DNA of 64,000 bases from Actinorugispora endophytica (GTDB taxonomy: Bacteria > Actinomycetota > Actinomycetes > Streptosporangiales > Streptosporangiaceae): contig NZ_SNYN01000005.1 in assembly GCF_004363075.1 (NCBI RefSeq), positions 187,696 to 251,695 on the forward strand, written 5' to 3'. Each line of letters starts with the position of its first letter. Position 1 is the stretch's first letter. Positions 28,901-38,060 of the stretch are shown here, piece by piece. A model generated the notes under the pieces. The model was given only the letters and a program-made list of their open reading frames with translations, did not search any database and was not told the origin of the DNA. The translations under genes and the position numbers were made by a program.

Positions 28901-30919
28901 CGAGCCCAGCACCTCGCCGATGCGCTCCAGGATGCGCGTGCGCACGGTCGCGTCGGCGATGTCGAGCGAGCCGACGACCTCGGTGACGGTCTCCAGGCCC
29001 TCGGTCTGCTCGGCTAGCCGTGCCTCGACGGGCGCGGCGTCCGCGACGGTGGCGATGGCCTCGGCCCCGGCGATCAGCGCGGCCACGTCGGCGTGGTAGC
29101 CGGTGAAGGCGTCGTCCCCGCTCAGGAACTCCACCGCCCGCCGCCCGGCCGAGGCCAGGTCGTCCACGAGCGTCCCGGCGAGCGCGTCCAGCCGGCCGGT
29201 GTCGACGTAGCGCAGCTCGCGCAGCGTCTCCAGGCGCCCCTGGGACCGGCGCAGCTCGGCCAGGCGGCGCACCCACTCGTCCGCCGAGGCGGGCGCCTCG
29301 CCGCGTACCCGGCGCACCAGCGCGGTGACGTCGCTCCCGGCCTCGTCCAGGGCCGCGGCCGCCCGCGCGGTCAACGACTGGACCTTCTCGAACTCGTCCA
29401 GCACCTGACCGGCGGTGGCCCGCACCCGGGTGAGCGGTTCGCGCAGGTCGCCCAGGTCGGCGTCGCCCAGCCAGTGGTACTGGTCCAGGGTCCGCCGGCA
29501 GGCCGCGATCAGCCCTTCGAACACGCGGGCGGAGGGCGCCATCTCGTCGACCATCCGGGCCACCGACAGCGCGTCGGAGACGCCCCGGACCAGGTCGGCG
29601 TTGCCGACCCGCTCCAGCGGGCCGGTGCCCACGGGCTGGCGGGCGGCGTAGGCGTCGGACTGGAACGGGGTCCGCCACACCTGCATGGGGTGGACCCGGG
29701 TGGGCTCCTCCGACAGGGCGCGGAACACCACCATGGTCCCGTCGTCGAAGACCGAGTACCCGTGGCAGGTGATCGGGTTGGCGACCTCCTTGCGGATCAC
29801 GTTGTACGGCAGCAGCAGGCTGCGGCCGTCGGCCCGGGAGTGGAAGACGTACAGCACGTCCTCGCCGTTGGGCGAGCGGACCAGCTGCTGGAACTCCAGG
29901 TCCGCCACGTCGGTGTCGAAGGTCCTGGCCACCCCGGTGGACAGGTAGAAGCCGCCGGGGAAGATCAGGCCCTGGTCCTCGGGCAGCCGCTGGCAGGCCT
30001 GCCCGATGCCGTCCAGGCGGACCACGTCCCGGGTGCGCGTGTTGAACACCAGGTACCGGTGCTCGGTCTCCTTGTAGGGCAGGACGCGCAGCAGGATGAG
30101 CGGGCCCACCCGGGCGTGCGCGACGCTCGCGTCGGCCAGGCTCTGCAGCGGCTCGGCCACCGGCTCGCTGTAGACGCCCTCGCCGGTCTCGGTGTTGTTC
30201 TCGACCTTGACGGTGAGGTCGCCGCCGACCGTCTCCACGAACAGCTCGTCGGCGATGGAGATGTGCGGGTGGCGGCCGACGACGTGGTCCTCGCGGGTGG
30301 CCTCCACCCAGGCGAGGTCCTGCCGCGGCGGGAAGACGTGGTCCCGCTCGCCCTTGTTGTCCAGGTAGGACAGGCCCCCGTCGGGGCCCACGCGCCAGCG
30401 CAGCACCCGGATGTCGGAGGTGGCGGGCCCGGTCTGGAAGACCGCCAGCAGCCGGCCCTCGACGCGGCGCAGCTGGAGCAGCCGGGTGTCGCGGAAGTAC
30501 CGGTACAGCTCGGCGAAGTCCTTGCGGAACCGCTCGTCGTCCAGCAGCTCGGGCAGTTCGCCCGGACCGGCGTCGGCGAAGGCGAAGGCGTCGTCCTCGG
30601 ACGTGAAGCGGTGCAGCGAGAGGACGTCCTCGACGCGCGTCTCGGACCTGAGGCCGATGAAGACGTTGTAGCCGAACAGCATGAGGCCGCCCGCGGGCAC
30701 GATGTCGCGCGGCACGCAGTTGTGCGCGGTGCGGATCCGCTCGGTGCCCAGCAGCGTCAGTTCGGTGCCGCCGAAGACGCCCAGGCGCGCGGCGTTCAGC
30801 GCCTCGGCGCGCCGGGCCAGCTCGGCGGCCTGCTCGCCCAGCCGGGCCCGGAGCACCTCGAAGGTGCCCATGTCGAGCCCGGCCCGGTCGTCGTCCGGCG
30901 TCGTGACGAGGTCGGTCAC
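25949..30919 (-). CDS. Giant (1656 aa) flotillin-associated protein: an unassigned roughly 1150-aa N-terminal region plus a C-terminal MoxR/dynein-like AAA+ ATPase module
   Basis: Single uninterrupted frame. The GTG start lies 7 nt after the flotillin stop. Walker A (LLLVSPPGYGKTTLMEYV) and Walker B (VLLYLDDIQH) both lie in the C-terminal 450 aa, and I recognise no domain in the first roughly 1150 aa. Confidence 0.8.
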   Translation of the reverse strand: MTDLVTTPDDDRAGLDMGTFEVLRARLGEQAAELARRAEALNAARLGVFGGTELTLLGTERIRTAHNCVPRDIVPAGGLMLFGYNVFIGLRSETRVEDVLSLHRFTSEDDAFAFADAGPGELPELLDDERFRKDFAELYRYFRDTRLLQLRRVEGRLLAVFQTGPATSDIRVLRWRVGPDGGLSYLDNKGERDHVFPPRQDLAWVEATREDHVVGRHPHISIADELFVETVGGDLTVKVENNTETGEGVYSEPVAEPLQSLADASVAHARVGPLILLRVLPYKETEHRYLVFNTRTRDVVRLDGIGQACQRLPEDQGLIFPGGFYLSTGVARTFDTDVADLEFQQLVRSPNGEDVLYVFHSRADGRSLLLPYNVIRKEVANPITCHGYSVFDDGTMVVFRALSEEPTRVHPMQVWRTPFQSDAYAARQPVGTGPLERVGNADLVRGVSDALSVARMVDEMAPSARVFEGLIAACRRTLDQYHWLGDADLGDLREPLTRVRATAGQVLDEFEKVQSLTARAAAALDEAGSDVTALVRRVRGEAPASADEWVRRLAELRRSQGRLETLRELRYVDTGRLDALAGTLVDDLASAGRRAVEFLSGDDAFTGYHADVAALIAGAEAIATVADAAPVEARLAEQTEGLETVTEVVGSLDIADATVRTRILERIGEVLGSVNRARATLAARRRELLAAEGRAAFAAEFALLGQAVTGAIAMADTPEACDEQLGRLMLQVENLESRFGEFDDFLDELEAKREDVYEAFSGRKQALLDERVRRADRLAESAERVLGSVRRRAASLGSVDEVNTYFASDPMVARLRSTADELRALGDQVRAEEVEGRVKSARQEAGRALRDRLDLFTDGGESVRLGPHRFAVNTQPLDLTLVPHDGRMAFSITGTDYRSPVAAEGFDETRPFWEQHLVSETPQVYRAEFLAAAVLADAEAGEGGTTAAALREAAEDPDALLAVVRGAAESRYDEGYERGVHDHDAALVLGALLRLHGGAGLLRYPRAARAAAQLFWAFGARDAAKRSWATRARSLARARSVFGFGRGGAVGELSAELGAAVAVFLEGAGLTAAYADGTSQAGEYLFEELASGTGPAGFAAGSGARSLVERFRRSLGVAARGELDADLAALGPDLAARHQLVAAWLGAYLASAERPGEDADLPEAVALELAPDLERYECDGPLSTVVEGLLGAHPRVRGRRLELRLDETLERTRLFRAERVPAYRAYQRRRNELVAAERARLRLDEYRPTVMSSFVRNQLLDEVYLPLIGDNLAKQLGAAGDAKRTDQMGLLLLVSPPGYGKTTLMEYVASRLGLVFVKVNGPSLGHAVTSVDPAEAPDATARQEVEKISFALEAGNNVLLYLDDIQHTSPELLQKFISLCDGQRRMEGVWEGRTRTYDLRGKRFAVCMAGNPYTEEGKRFRVPDMLANRADVWNLGDVLSGREELFALSYVENALTSNPVLAPLSTRERGDVRLLVRMARGDEGVRPDRLAHPYSSVELDQILSVLRKLLRVQEVVLANNRAYIASAAQSDASRTEPPFRLQGSYRNMNKLAERIVPVMNDAELEAVIDDHYRGEAQTLTSGAEANLLKLAELRGRMTEEQRARWAEVKAAFLRARALGGADDDPLSRAVGAVGLLADRVGAVETAITRAARGFKE

Positions 30920-30926
30920 CGGCGCG

Positions 30927-33074
30927 TCACCGCTTCAGCGCGTGCGCGTCGAGTTCGGACAGCGGCTTGTCGGCCACGCCCAGCCGCCGCGCGGACCGCA
31001 GCAGGTCGGAGAGGCCGGCGGAGTCGGGGCCGCCCGAGTCGATCAGCTTGAGCAGCAGGGCCGACAGGGTGAGGTTCCTGACGTCCTCGGAGTCCACCGA
31101 CCCCAGCAGCCGGGACAGGTCCCGGGTGAAGTCCTGGGAGCCGTCCAGCCACGCCCCGGCCAGGGACTGGGCGGTCGCGGAGTTCTCCATGAAGCCGTCC
31201 ACGGCCTTGCCGACGCTGATCGAGTTGACGATGCGGTCGAAGAACATCCCGTCGCCGCCGACGATGTCGATGTCGGCGCTCTCCAGGCCCTTGCCCAGCA
31301 CGCTGGCCTGGGCCTCGGCGACCCGGCGCTGGACGTCGATCCCGGCCAGGCGGACCTCCTTCTCGGCCTCCAGGCGCAGGCGGTACTCCTCGTGGTCGCG
31401 GGTGGCGTCGTCGAGCGCGGCCATCGCCTCGGCCTTGTCGGTGATGCCCTCGGCCTCGGCCTTGAGCTTCTCGCGGATCTGCGTGGCCTCCGACATCGCC
31501 TTCTCGCGGTCGGCCAGGGCCTGGGCGAGCCCGACCTTCTCGACCTTCTCGGCCTGCGCCTGGGCCTGCTCGCGGTCGGCGACGGCCTGGGCGAGCCCGA
31601 GCTTCTCGATCTCCTCGGCCTGGGCGAGCGCCTTCTCGCGCCGGACGACCGCCTCGGCGCGGCCGGTCTTCTCCAGGGCCGCGGCGTCGCGCTCGCGGAC
31701 CTGGACCTCGGCCAGCCCGTCGGCGGCGGCCTCGGCCTGGCGGCCCTCGGCGAGGCGGATGCTCGCGGCGGCGTCCAGCTCGGCGGCCCGCTGGCGCGCC
31801 TCGGCCAGGGTCAGCTGCTCGCGGGCGGAGTGCTCGGCGGCCTGCGCGGCGGCCTCGGCGGCCTTGATGTCCTTGACCAGCTTCTCCTGCGCCTCGCCCT
31901 CGGCGAGGATGACCGCGGACTGGCGGTGGCGCTCGGCCTCCTCCAGCACGCGCAGCTTCTTGATGTTCTCCTCCTGCTCGGCGACGGTCCTGTCGACGGC
32001 GATGCGCTCGCGGATGGCCTCGGCGATCTCGCGCTTCTCGGCCTCCAGCTCCTTGTCCTTGGCGATGCGCGACAGGTCGGTCTCGCGCTCGCGGGCGATG
32101 ACCTCCAGCAGGCGGTCCTTCTCGATGCGCTCGGTCTCGATCGCGATGACCCGCTCGCGGTTCTTCTCGGCCACCGCGATCTCGCGGTCCCGGTTCTCGC
32201 GCTGGACGCCGAGCTCCTGGTCGGCGCGGATGCGCGCGGCCTGGGACTTGAGCAGCTCGTCGGCGCGCACGATCTCGGTCTCGGCCTCGGCGCGGGCGCG
32301 CAGCGACTCCACCTCGCGCTTCTGCCTGGTCTCGGCCTCCTCGCGGCGGCGCTCCAGCTCCAGGATGGTCTCGCGCGCCTCGACGTTCTGGCGCTCGAGC
32401 TCCTTCTCCTCGTTGCGGCGGTGCTCGTTGGTGCTGATGCTCTGCAGCGCGGTCAGCTCGGTGATCTTGCGGATGCCCTGGGCGTCCAGGATGTTCGCCG
32501 AGTCGAGCTGGGTCATCGGGGTCTGCTCGAGGTAGTCGATGGCCGCGTCCTCGAGGCTGTAGCCGTTGAGGTCGGTGCCGATGACGTGGATGATCCGGTC
32601 GCGGAACTCGTCGCGCTTTGTGTAGAGGTCCTCGAAGTCGAGGTGCTTGCCGACGGTCTTGAGCGCCTCGGAGAACTTCGCGTTGAACAGCTCCTGGAGG
32701 GTGGACTGGTCGCTGGCGCGCTCGGTGCCGATGGCCTGGGCGACCTTGATGACGTCCTCGGTGGTCTTGTTGACCCGGACGAAGAAGGTGATGCGGATGT
32801 CCGCGCGGATGTTGTCCCGGCAGATCAGGCCCTCCTTGCCGGTCCGGGCGATGTCGATCGTCTTCACCGAGATGTCCATGACCTCGGCCTTGTGCAGGAC
32901 CGGCAGCACGACGGCGCCGGTGAAGGTGACGTCCACCTTCGTGACCTTGGAGACGATCAGGGCCTTGCCCTGCTCGACCTTGCGGAACAGGCGGCTGATG
33001 ACGAACAGCAGCCCCAGGAGGACGAGGAGGAGGACGGCGATGAGCACGCCGACCCCTGCGGTGATTGTTTCCAT
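30927..33074 (-). CDS. Flotillin (SPFH/band-7) family protein with a very long coiled-coil
   Basis: An N-terminal TM segment and SPFH domain (KALIVSKVTKVDVTFTGAVVLPVLHKAEVMDISVKTIDI) are followed by an E/A/R-rich coiled-coil of more than 300 aa, typical of YqiK/FloT. Confidence 0.9.
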   Translation of the reverse strand: METITAGVGVLIAVLLLVLLGLLFVISRLFRKVEQGKALIVSKVTKVDVTFTGAVVLPVLHKAEVMDISVKTIDIARTGKEGLICRDNIRADIRITFFVRVNKTTEDVIKVAQAIGTERASDQSTLQELFNAKFSEALKTVGKHLDFEDLYTKRDEFRDRIIHVIGTDLNGYSLEDAAIDYLEQTPMTQLDSANILDAQGIRKITELTALQSISTNEHRRNEEKELERQNVEARETILELERRREEAETRQKREVESLRARAEAETEIVRADELLKSQAARIRADQELGVQRENRDREIAVAEKNRERVIAIETERIEKDRLLEVIARERETDLSRIAKDKELEAEKREIAEAIRERIAVDRTVAEQEENIKKLRVLEEAERHRQSAVILAEGEAQEKLVKDIKAAEAAAQAAEHSAREQLTLAEARQRAAELDAAASIRLAEGRQAEAAADGLAEVQVRERDAAALEKTGRAEAVVRREKALAQAEEIEKLGLAQAVADREQAQAQAEKVEKVGLAQALADREKAMSEATQIREKLKAEAEGITDKAEAMAALDDATRDHEEYRLRLEAEKEVRLAGIDVQRRVAEAQASVLGKGLESADIDIVGGDGMFFDRIVNSISVGKAVDGFMENSATAQSLAGAWLDGSQDFTRDLSRLLGSVDSEDVRNLTLSALLLKLIDSGGPDSAGLSDLLRSARRLGVADKPLSELDAHALKR

Positions 33075-33129
33075 GGGGGGTCCTAGCGATCGGTGGGCGA
33101 ACTGGCGATCGGTGCGGGTGCGGGCCGGG

Positions 33130-33778
33130 TCAGGAGACGGGGCGGTCCGGGTCGAGTTCGGCGTCGTAGGCCGTGACCCAGAAGAACGCCCCGGCGTCGT
33201 CGTACTCGAAGATCAGGGCGGTGCTGCCCGAGGTGAGGGGGTCGTCGCCGTTCTGGCGGACCTGGACGAGCGCGGTGGAGCCGTCGGCGGAGGACACCTC
33301 GGCCTGGCCGAAGTCCTTGTCCACCCGCCCGGTCCTGATCACGCAGACCCGGCCGACGAAGTCGCGCTGGGAGGGCTCGCGGCCGTCGGGGGCGAAGCGG
33401 CGCCACAGCACGGCGAGGAGGCTGGTCGCGGCCCAGGCGCAGACCAGCGCGATCGCGAGCACGACGACGCCCAGCGCGACGACCATCGGGGAGGAGAGGT
33501 CGGCGCCGTCCAGGAGCGCGGCGCCGGTGAGGCTGGTGAACCAGGAGACGGCGATCACGAGCGAGAGTGACACGGTGACGGGTATCCCTCCGAGGCCGAT
33601 GCCCGACATGAACCCGGCGAAGCCGCCCGCTTCGGCGCCTTCGTCGACGTCGGCGTCGAGCAGGTCGAGGCCGAGGGCGCCCAGGACCACCATGACCCAG
33701 TAGCCGATGACGACGATTAAGGCGAAGCTGAACAGGGCCGTGGGGAAACCGAGCGCTGCGGACAGGAATTCACTCATA
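33130..33778 (-). CDS. NfeD-like membrane protein (YqiJ/YuaF type), the flotillin partner
   Basis: N-terminal TM helices are followed by a C-terminal OB-fold region (GRVCVIRTGRVDKDFGQAEVSSADGSTALVQVR). The stop lies 55 nt upstream of the flotillin start. Confidence 0.75.
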
Positions 33779-34122
33779 CCGGTCTGTTGAGCCCCTCCAC
33801 GCGGGAGCCGGATCCGGGAAGCGGCCGCCGGTTCCGGAACCGTCCGCAGGGCGGAATCCACCGAGCGGCCCTTCCGGCCGCAACGCCCTGTCCGCGACCG
33901 GTCACCTGCCCGGTCGGGACGCCCGGTCTCCCGGACGTGCCGACCGGACCGGCAGCGCCCGCATCCGTCCTCCGCGATCGTCGCGGGTGACGTTCATGCG
34001 CTTCTAGGACGTGCCGGGGTGAAATCCGGTTCCCACCTTTTGCGGTGTTTTCTCCGCAGTGGACGCGGGCCGCGGCCGGGCCGGGGGGCGCCGCCCGGGG
34101 TCCGGCCCGTCGCCGGTGCGGG

Positions 34123-37026
34123 TCAGACGCGCCAGAGGGCCCCGCCGTCGGTGCCGTACAGCACGGCGTCGCCGTCGTCCTGGACGACCAGGCGGGTTCC
34201 CGGGTTGCCCGAGGTCCCGCTGTTCCAGAGCCGGTGGCCGTCGGCGTCGTAGAGGACGAGGTCGCCGTCCTCCTCCAGGTGCAGGACCCCGACGGAGGCG
34301 CCGTGGGTGCCCGTCGCCCACAGGGCGCGCCCGCGCGGCCCCCGGTAGAGGACGAGGTTGCCGTCGTGCTGGTAGACGAGGTGGTACTCGCCCGAGGCCG
34401 AGTCCAGCGCCCCCGGGGTCATGACCTGGCCGCCCAGCATCGTGTCGCCCCGGGCGGGCGGCCCCTCGGGCAGGGGGCGCCGTACGACCTCGGTGTCGGT
34501 GGCCCACAGCTCCTCGTCGTCCTCGCCGTACAGGACGACGTTGCCGTCGCCCCGGACGACCAGGCGCGCGCCGGGGTTCTCCTCGGTTCCGCTGTTCCAG
34601 ACCAGGTCGCCGTCGGCGTCGTAGAGGACGAGGTCGCCGTCCTCCTCCAGGTGCAGGACCCCGACGGACGAGCCGTAGGTGTCCGACGCCCACAGGGCGC
34701 TGCTGGAGCCGGTCCGGTAGAGGACGAGGTTGCCGTCGTGCTGGTGGGCGAGGTGGTACTCGCCGGAGGCGGAGGTGAGGGTGCCGCGCCGGAGGGTCTG
34801 GCCGGGCAGCATCGTGTCGCCCTGGGCGGGCGGCCCCTCGGGCAGCCTGCTCGCCTGCGCCGTGCCGGTGTGCCACAGCCGCCGGCCCGCCTCGTCGAGG
34901 AGGACGAGGTCGCCGTCGTCCCGGACGACCAGGCGCGCGCCGGGGTTGCCGGAGGTGCCGCTGCGCCAGACGGGGGCGCCGCCGCTGTTGTACAGGACGA
35001 GGTCGCCGTCCTCCCCCAGGTGCAGGACCCCGACGGAGGCGCCGTACGTGTCCGTCGCCCACAGGGCGTGGCCGTGGGAGCCCCGGTAGAGGACGAGGTT
35101 GCCGTCGTGCTGGTGGGCGAGGTGGTACTCGCCCGAGGCGGAGGAGAGGGACCCGCGCCGGAGGACCTGGCCGGGCAGGACCGTGTCGCCCTGGGCGGGC
35201 GGCCCCTCGGGGAGGGGGCGCCGGACGGTGTCGGTGTGCCACAGCCGCTCGCCCGCCTCGTCGAGGAGGACGAGGTCGCCGTCGTCCCGGACGACCAGGC
35301 GCGCGCCGGGGCTGCCGGAGGTGCCGCTGCGCCAGACGGGGGCGCCGCCGGCGTCGTGGAGGACGAGCTCGCCGTCCTCGTGCAGCGCCAGGGCCCCGAT
35401 CGAGGCGCCCTGGGTGTCGGACGCCCACATGGCGTTGCCGCGGGGGCCCTGGTAGAGGACGAGGTTGCCGTCGTACTGGTAGACGAGGTGGTACTCGCCC
35501 GAGGCCGAGGAGAGCGACCGCGGCCCCAGGACCTGGCCGGGCAGCATCGTGTCGCCCTGCGCGGGCGGCCACTCCGACAGCGGGTACCGGGCGGTGCGTG
35601 TGGCCCACAGCGGCCTGCCGTCGGCGTCGTGCAGCGCGAGGTCGCCGTCGTCCCGGACGACCAGGCGCGCGCCCGGAAGCCCCGAGGTGCCGGTGCGCCA
35701 GACGGGGGCGCCGTCGGCGTCGTGGAGGACGACGTCGCCGTCCTCGTGCAGGGCGAGGGCCCCGACCGAGGCCCGGCGGGTGCCGGACGTCCACAGGGCG
35801 TGGTCGTCGCTGTCCCGGTAGAGGGCGAGGTCGCCGTCGTTCTGGTGGACGAGCGTGTACTCGCCGGAGGCGGAGGTGAGGGACTGGCGTCGGAGGGTCT
35901 GGCCGCGCAGCAGCGCGTCGCCCCGCGCGTGCGGGCCCTCGGGGAGGGGGCGCCGGACGGTGCCGGTGGCCCACAGCCGCTCGCCCGCCCCGTCGTACAG
36001 CACGACGTCGCCGTCGTCCCGGACGACCAGGCGCGCGCCCGGGCTGCCCGCGGTCCCGGTGCTCCAGACCTCGTCCCCCCGGGCGTTGTGGAGCACCAGG
36101 TCGCCGTCCTCGCGCAGGGCGAGGCGCAACGTCCCCCCGCGGTGCCTCCCGGTCTCCCACAGGGACCGGCCGTCGTGGTCGCGGTACAGCACGACGTTGC
36201 CGTCGTTCTGGTGGACGAGCGTGTACTCGCCGGAGGCGGAGGTGAGGGACTGGCGCCGGAGGGTCTGGCCGGGCAGCATCGTGTCGCCCCGGGCGTGCGT
36301 GCCGGCTCCGGCGGGGGGCGGCGGGAGCGGGGCGGCGGCGGGGGAGTCGGCGACGCCGAGCTCCGCGGGGGTCTCCCACTCCAGGTGCTCGCGCTCCTCG
36401 TCGGCGGGGTCGCCCTTGGCGGGGACCGGGAGGTAGCCGCTGTCCCCGGTGACCGGTTCGCCCCGGTCCCGGTATCGCCACAGTCCCGCCGGCCTTCCGT
36501 CGTGCATGGCGTCCGCGACGTCGGCGAGCAGGTGGGCGAGGCTCGGCCACTCGGCGGGCTCGTCGTTGGCGTCGTCGTGGCGCCAGCTCATGACGCAGCC
36601 CTGCCGGGGGCCCTCGCGCAGGTCGACGAACATGTGGTCGCCCGACCCGTCGGCGGCGATCGGGACGAAGTACTCGGAGTAGTGCGGGGGAGGGGTCCCG
36701 GCCTCGCCGTCGCCGTCGCCGTCGTGTGCCGGGTCCGCGAACCCGCTGTCGGCTCCTCTGGACTCCAGGGCCGCACCCCGGATGGAGGCGACCTCGCCGA
36801 GCCCGATGGAGGCGTGGTCGGGAGGGAACACCGTGAGGTCGTCGAAGCGCGGCATCCGCCACCACGCCACCAGGTCGGGGGGAAGGGGGAACCCGAGGGC
36901 CTCCTCTTCGAGGCGGCGGACCTCCTCGTCGGTCGGCGGCTCCCGCCGCAGCTCCGGACTCCCGGGCACGTTCGCGTCCAGCCAGTCGAGGACGCGCTTC
37001 CATGACTCTTCCACTGAGGGGTACAT
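34123..37026 (-). CDS. SUKH (Smi1/Knr4) domain protein fused to six tandem bulb-type (monocot mannose-binding-type) lectin domains
   Basis: The N-terminal 200 aa carry WKRVLDWLDANVP...LGFPLPPDLVAWW...EYFVPIAADGSGDHMFVDL, a SUKH-1/SMI1_KNR4 signature with no signal peptide. A Pro-rich linker follows, then six repeats of about 123 aa each beginning GDTMLPGQ..L....SL.SASGEY.L..Q.DGN.VLY (the QxDxNxVxY motif) with degenerate second and third subdomain motifs (HEDGDLVLH, VVRDDGDLVLY). The DNA shows a period of about 369 bp. Confidence 0.75.
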   Translation of the reverse strand: MYPSVEESWKRVLDWLDANVPGSPELRREPPTDEEVRRLEEEALGFPLPPDLVAWWRMPRFDDLTVFPPDHASIGLGEVASIRGAALESRGADSGFADPAHDGDGDGEAGTPPPHYSEYFVPIAADGSGDHMFVDLREGPRQGCVMSWRHDDANDEPAEWPSLAHLLADVADAMHDGRPAGLWRYRDRGEPVTGDSGYLPVPAKGDPADEEREHLEWETPAELGVADSPAAAPLPPPPAGAGTHARGDTMLPGQTLRRQSLTSASGEYTLVHQNDGNVVLYRDHDGRSLWETGRHRGGTLRLALREDGDLVLHNARGDEVWSTGTAGSPGARLVVRDDGDVVLYDGAGERLWATGTVRRPLPEGPHARGDALLRGQTLRRQSLTSASGEYTLVHQNDGDLALYRDSDDHALWTSGTRRASVGALALHEDGDVVLHDADGAPVWRTGTSGLPGARLVVRDDGDLALHDADGRPLWATRTARYPLSEWPPAQGDTMLPGQVLGPRSLSSASGEYHLVYQYDGNLVLYQGPRGNAMWASDTQGASIGALALHEDGELVLHDAGGAPVWRSGTSGSPGARLVVRDDGDLVLLDEAGERLWHTDTVRRPLPEGPPAQGDTVLPGQVLRRGSLSSASGEYHLAHQHDGNLVLYRGSHGHALWATDTYGASVGVLHLGEDGDLVLYNSGGAPVWRSGTSGNPGARLVVRDDGDLVLLDEAGRRLWHTGTAQASRLPEGPPAQGDTMLPGQTLRRGTLTSASGEYHLAHQHDGNLVLYRTGSSSALWASDTYGSSVGVLHLEEDGDLVLYDADGDLVWNSGTEENPGARLVVRGDGNVVLYGEDDEELWATDTEVVRRPLPEGPPARGDTMLGGQVMTPGALDSASGEYHLVYQHDGNLVLYRGPRGRALWATGTHGASVGVLHLEEDGDLVLYDADGHRLWNSGTSGNPGTRLVVQDDGDAVLYGTDGGALWRV

Positions 37027-37070
37027 GCGCGGCACTCTGCCAGTGAACGGTGACAGGAAGGCGAACCTCC

Positions 37071-37132
37071 GCCGATCTTGACCTTTTCGGGGTCTCGACT
37101 GCGGCTGAGACCCCGAAAAGGTCAAGATCGGC
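37071..37132. repeat. Palindromic intergenic repeat (family P), copy 1; contains the stop codon of the DUF559 gene
   Basis: GCCGATCTTGACCTTTTCGGGGTCTC-gactgcggct-GAGACCCCGAAAAGGTCAAGATCGGC. Confidence 0.7.
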
Positions 37133-38060
37133 GAGGAAGTGAGAGCTCGCGCCGGAGGTAGGCGAGGATCGCGGTGTTCGCGGGGTGGAGGTCGGCCTGG
37201 GTGCAGACGTAGAGGTCCCAGCCGAGGTCCTTGACGGCGTTGCGGCGTGCCGCGTCCTCGCGCCACCTTTCGCGGTGCACGACCCCGTCGTACTCGACGG
37301 CGATCCGCTGTTCCCGGTAGCCGAGGTCGAGGCGGGCCACGTGTCGGCCGGACGGGGCGAACAGGTTGATCTGGGCCTCGGGGCGGGGAAGCCCCGCCCG
37401 TACGAGCTTCATCCGCAGCCGGGACTCGCCGGGGGACTCGCTCGCGGGTTCGGCCTGCTCCGCGACGAGGACGGCGCGTCGGATCCCGCGCCACCCGGCG
37501 AAGCGTTCGTGTCGCGCGTGGTCGGCCAGCTCCTCGGGTGTGAACAACCCGAGGTGGGTGAGCGCGTCCACCGCGACGACCGCTTCCGTGTCGTTCCCGC
37601 CCGGACCGGTCCTGCGCGCGAGGTCGAGTCCGGTGCGCAGGGGGGTGGTGGCGAGCAACCCCGCGAACCGCGTCACGTCTTCGGGGAGCAGCTCGGCGCG
37701 CCGGATCGACAGGCCGCGCCGCGGTCTCATCGGAGCACCTCGCGGCAGGGTGATCTCCAGGGGGTCGTTCCACCGGCGGATGTCCGCCCCGTACAGCCAG
37801 GCCGCGGTGCTCCCGCTGAGGACGGCCCCCTCCGGCAGGACGAGCGCGAGCGCGTGGACGCGCTGCTCGATGGTGTCGGGCAGTCCGGCGAACACGTAGA
37901 CGTCGCGCAGCAGCCGACGCCAGCAGCCGCTCCGCAGCTGCTCCGCGGTCAACGTCCCCTTCCGGCACGCTTCGGTGCCGCGGAACGGGCCTGTTCTGAG
38001 GGGTTCGGGAATCTCCGGGAGGGTTGGCATGTGTCCAGGGTGCGGCCGACCGCCGTCCAC
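37122..38060 (-). CDS. DUF559 (Vsr-like endonuclease domain) protein with an AbiEi-like N-terminal region
   Basis: The C-terminus reads EQRIAVEYDGVVHRERWREDAARRNAVKDLGWDLYVCT, typical of actinobacterial DUF559 proteins. Start is GTG at 38060 or ATG at 38030. Confidence 0.7.
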   Translation of the reverse strand: MDGGRPHPGHMPTLPEIPEPLRTGPFRGTEACRKGTLTAEQLRSGCWRRLLRDVYVFAGLPDTIEQRVHALALVLPEGAVLSGSTAAWLYGADIRRWNDPLEITLPRGAPMRPRRGLSIRRAELLPEDVTRFAGLLATTPLRTGLDLARRTGPGGNDTEAVVAVDALTHLGLFTPEELADHARHERFAGWRGIRRAVLVAEQAEPASESPGESRLRMKLVRAGLPRPEAQINLFAPSGRHVARLDLGYREQRIAVEYDGVVHRERWREDAARRNAVKDLGWDLYVCTQADLHPANTAILAYLRRELSLPRRS

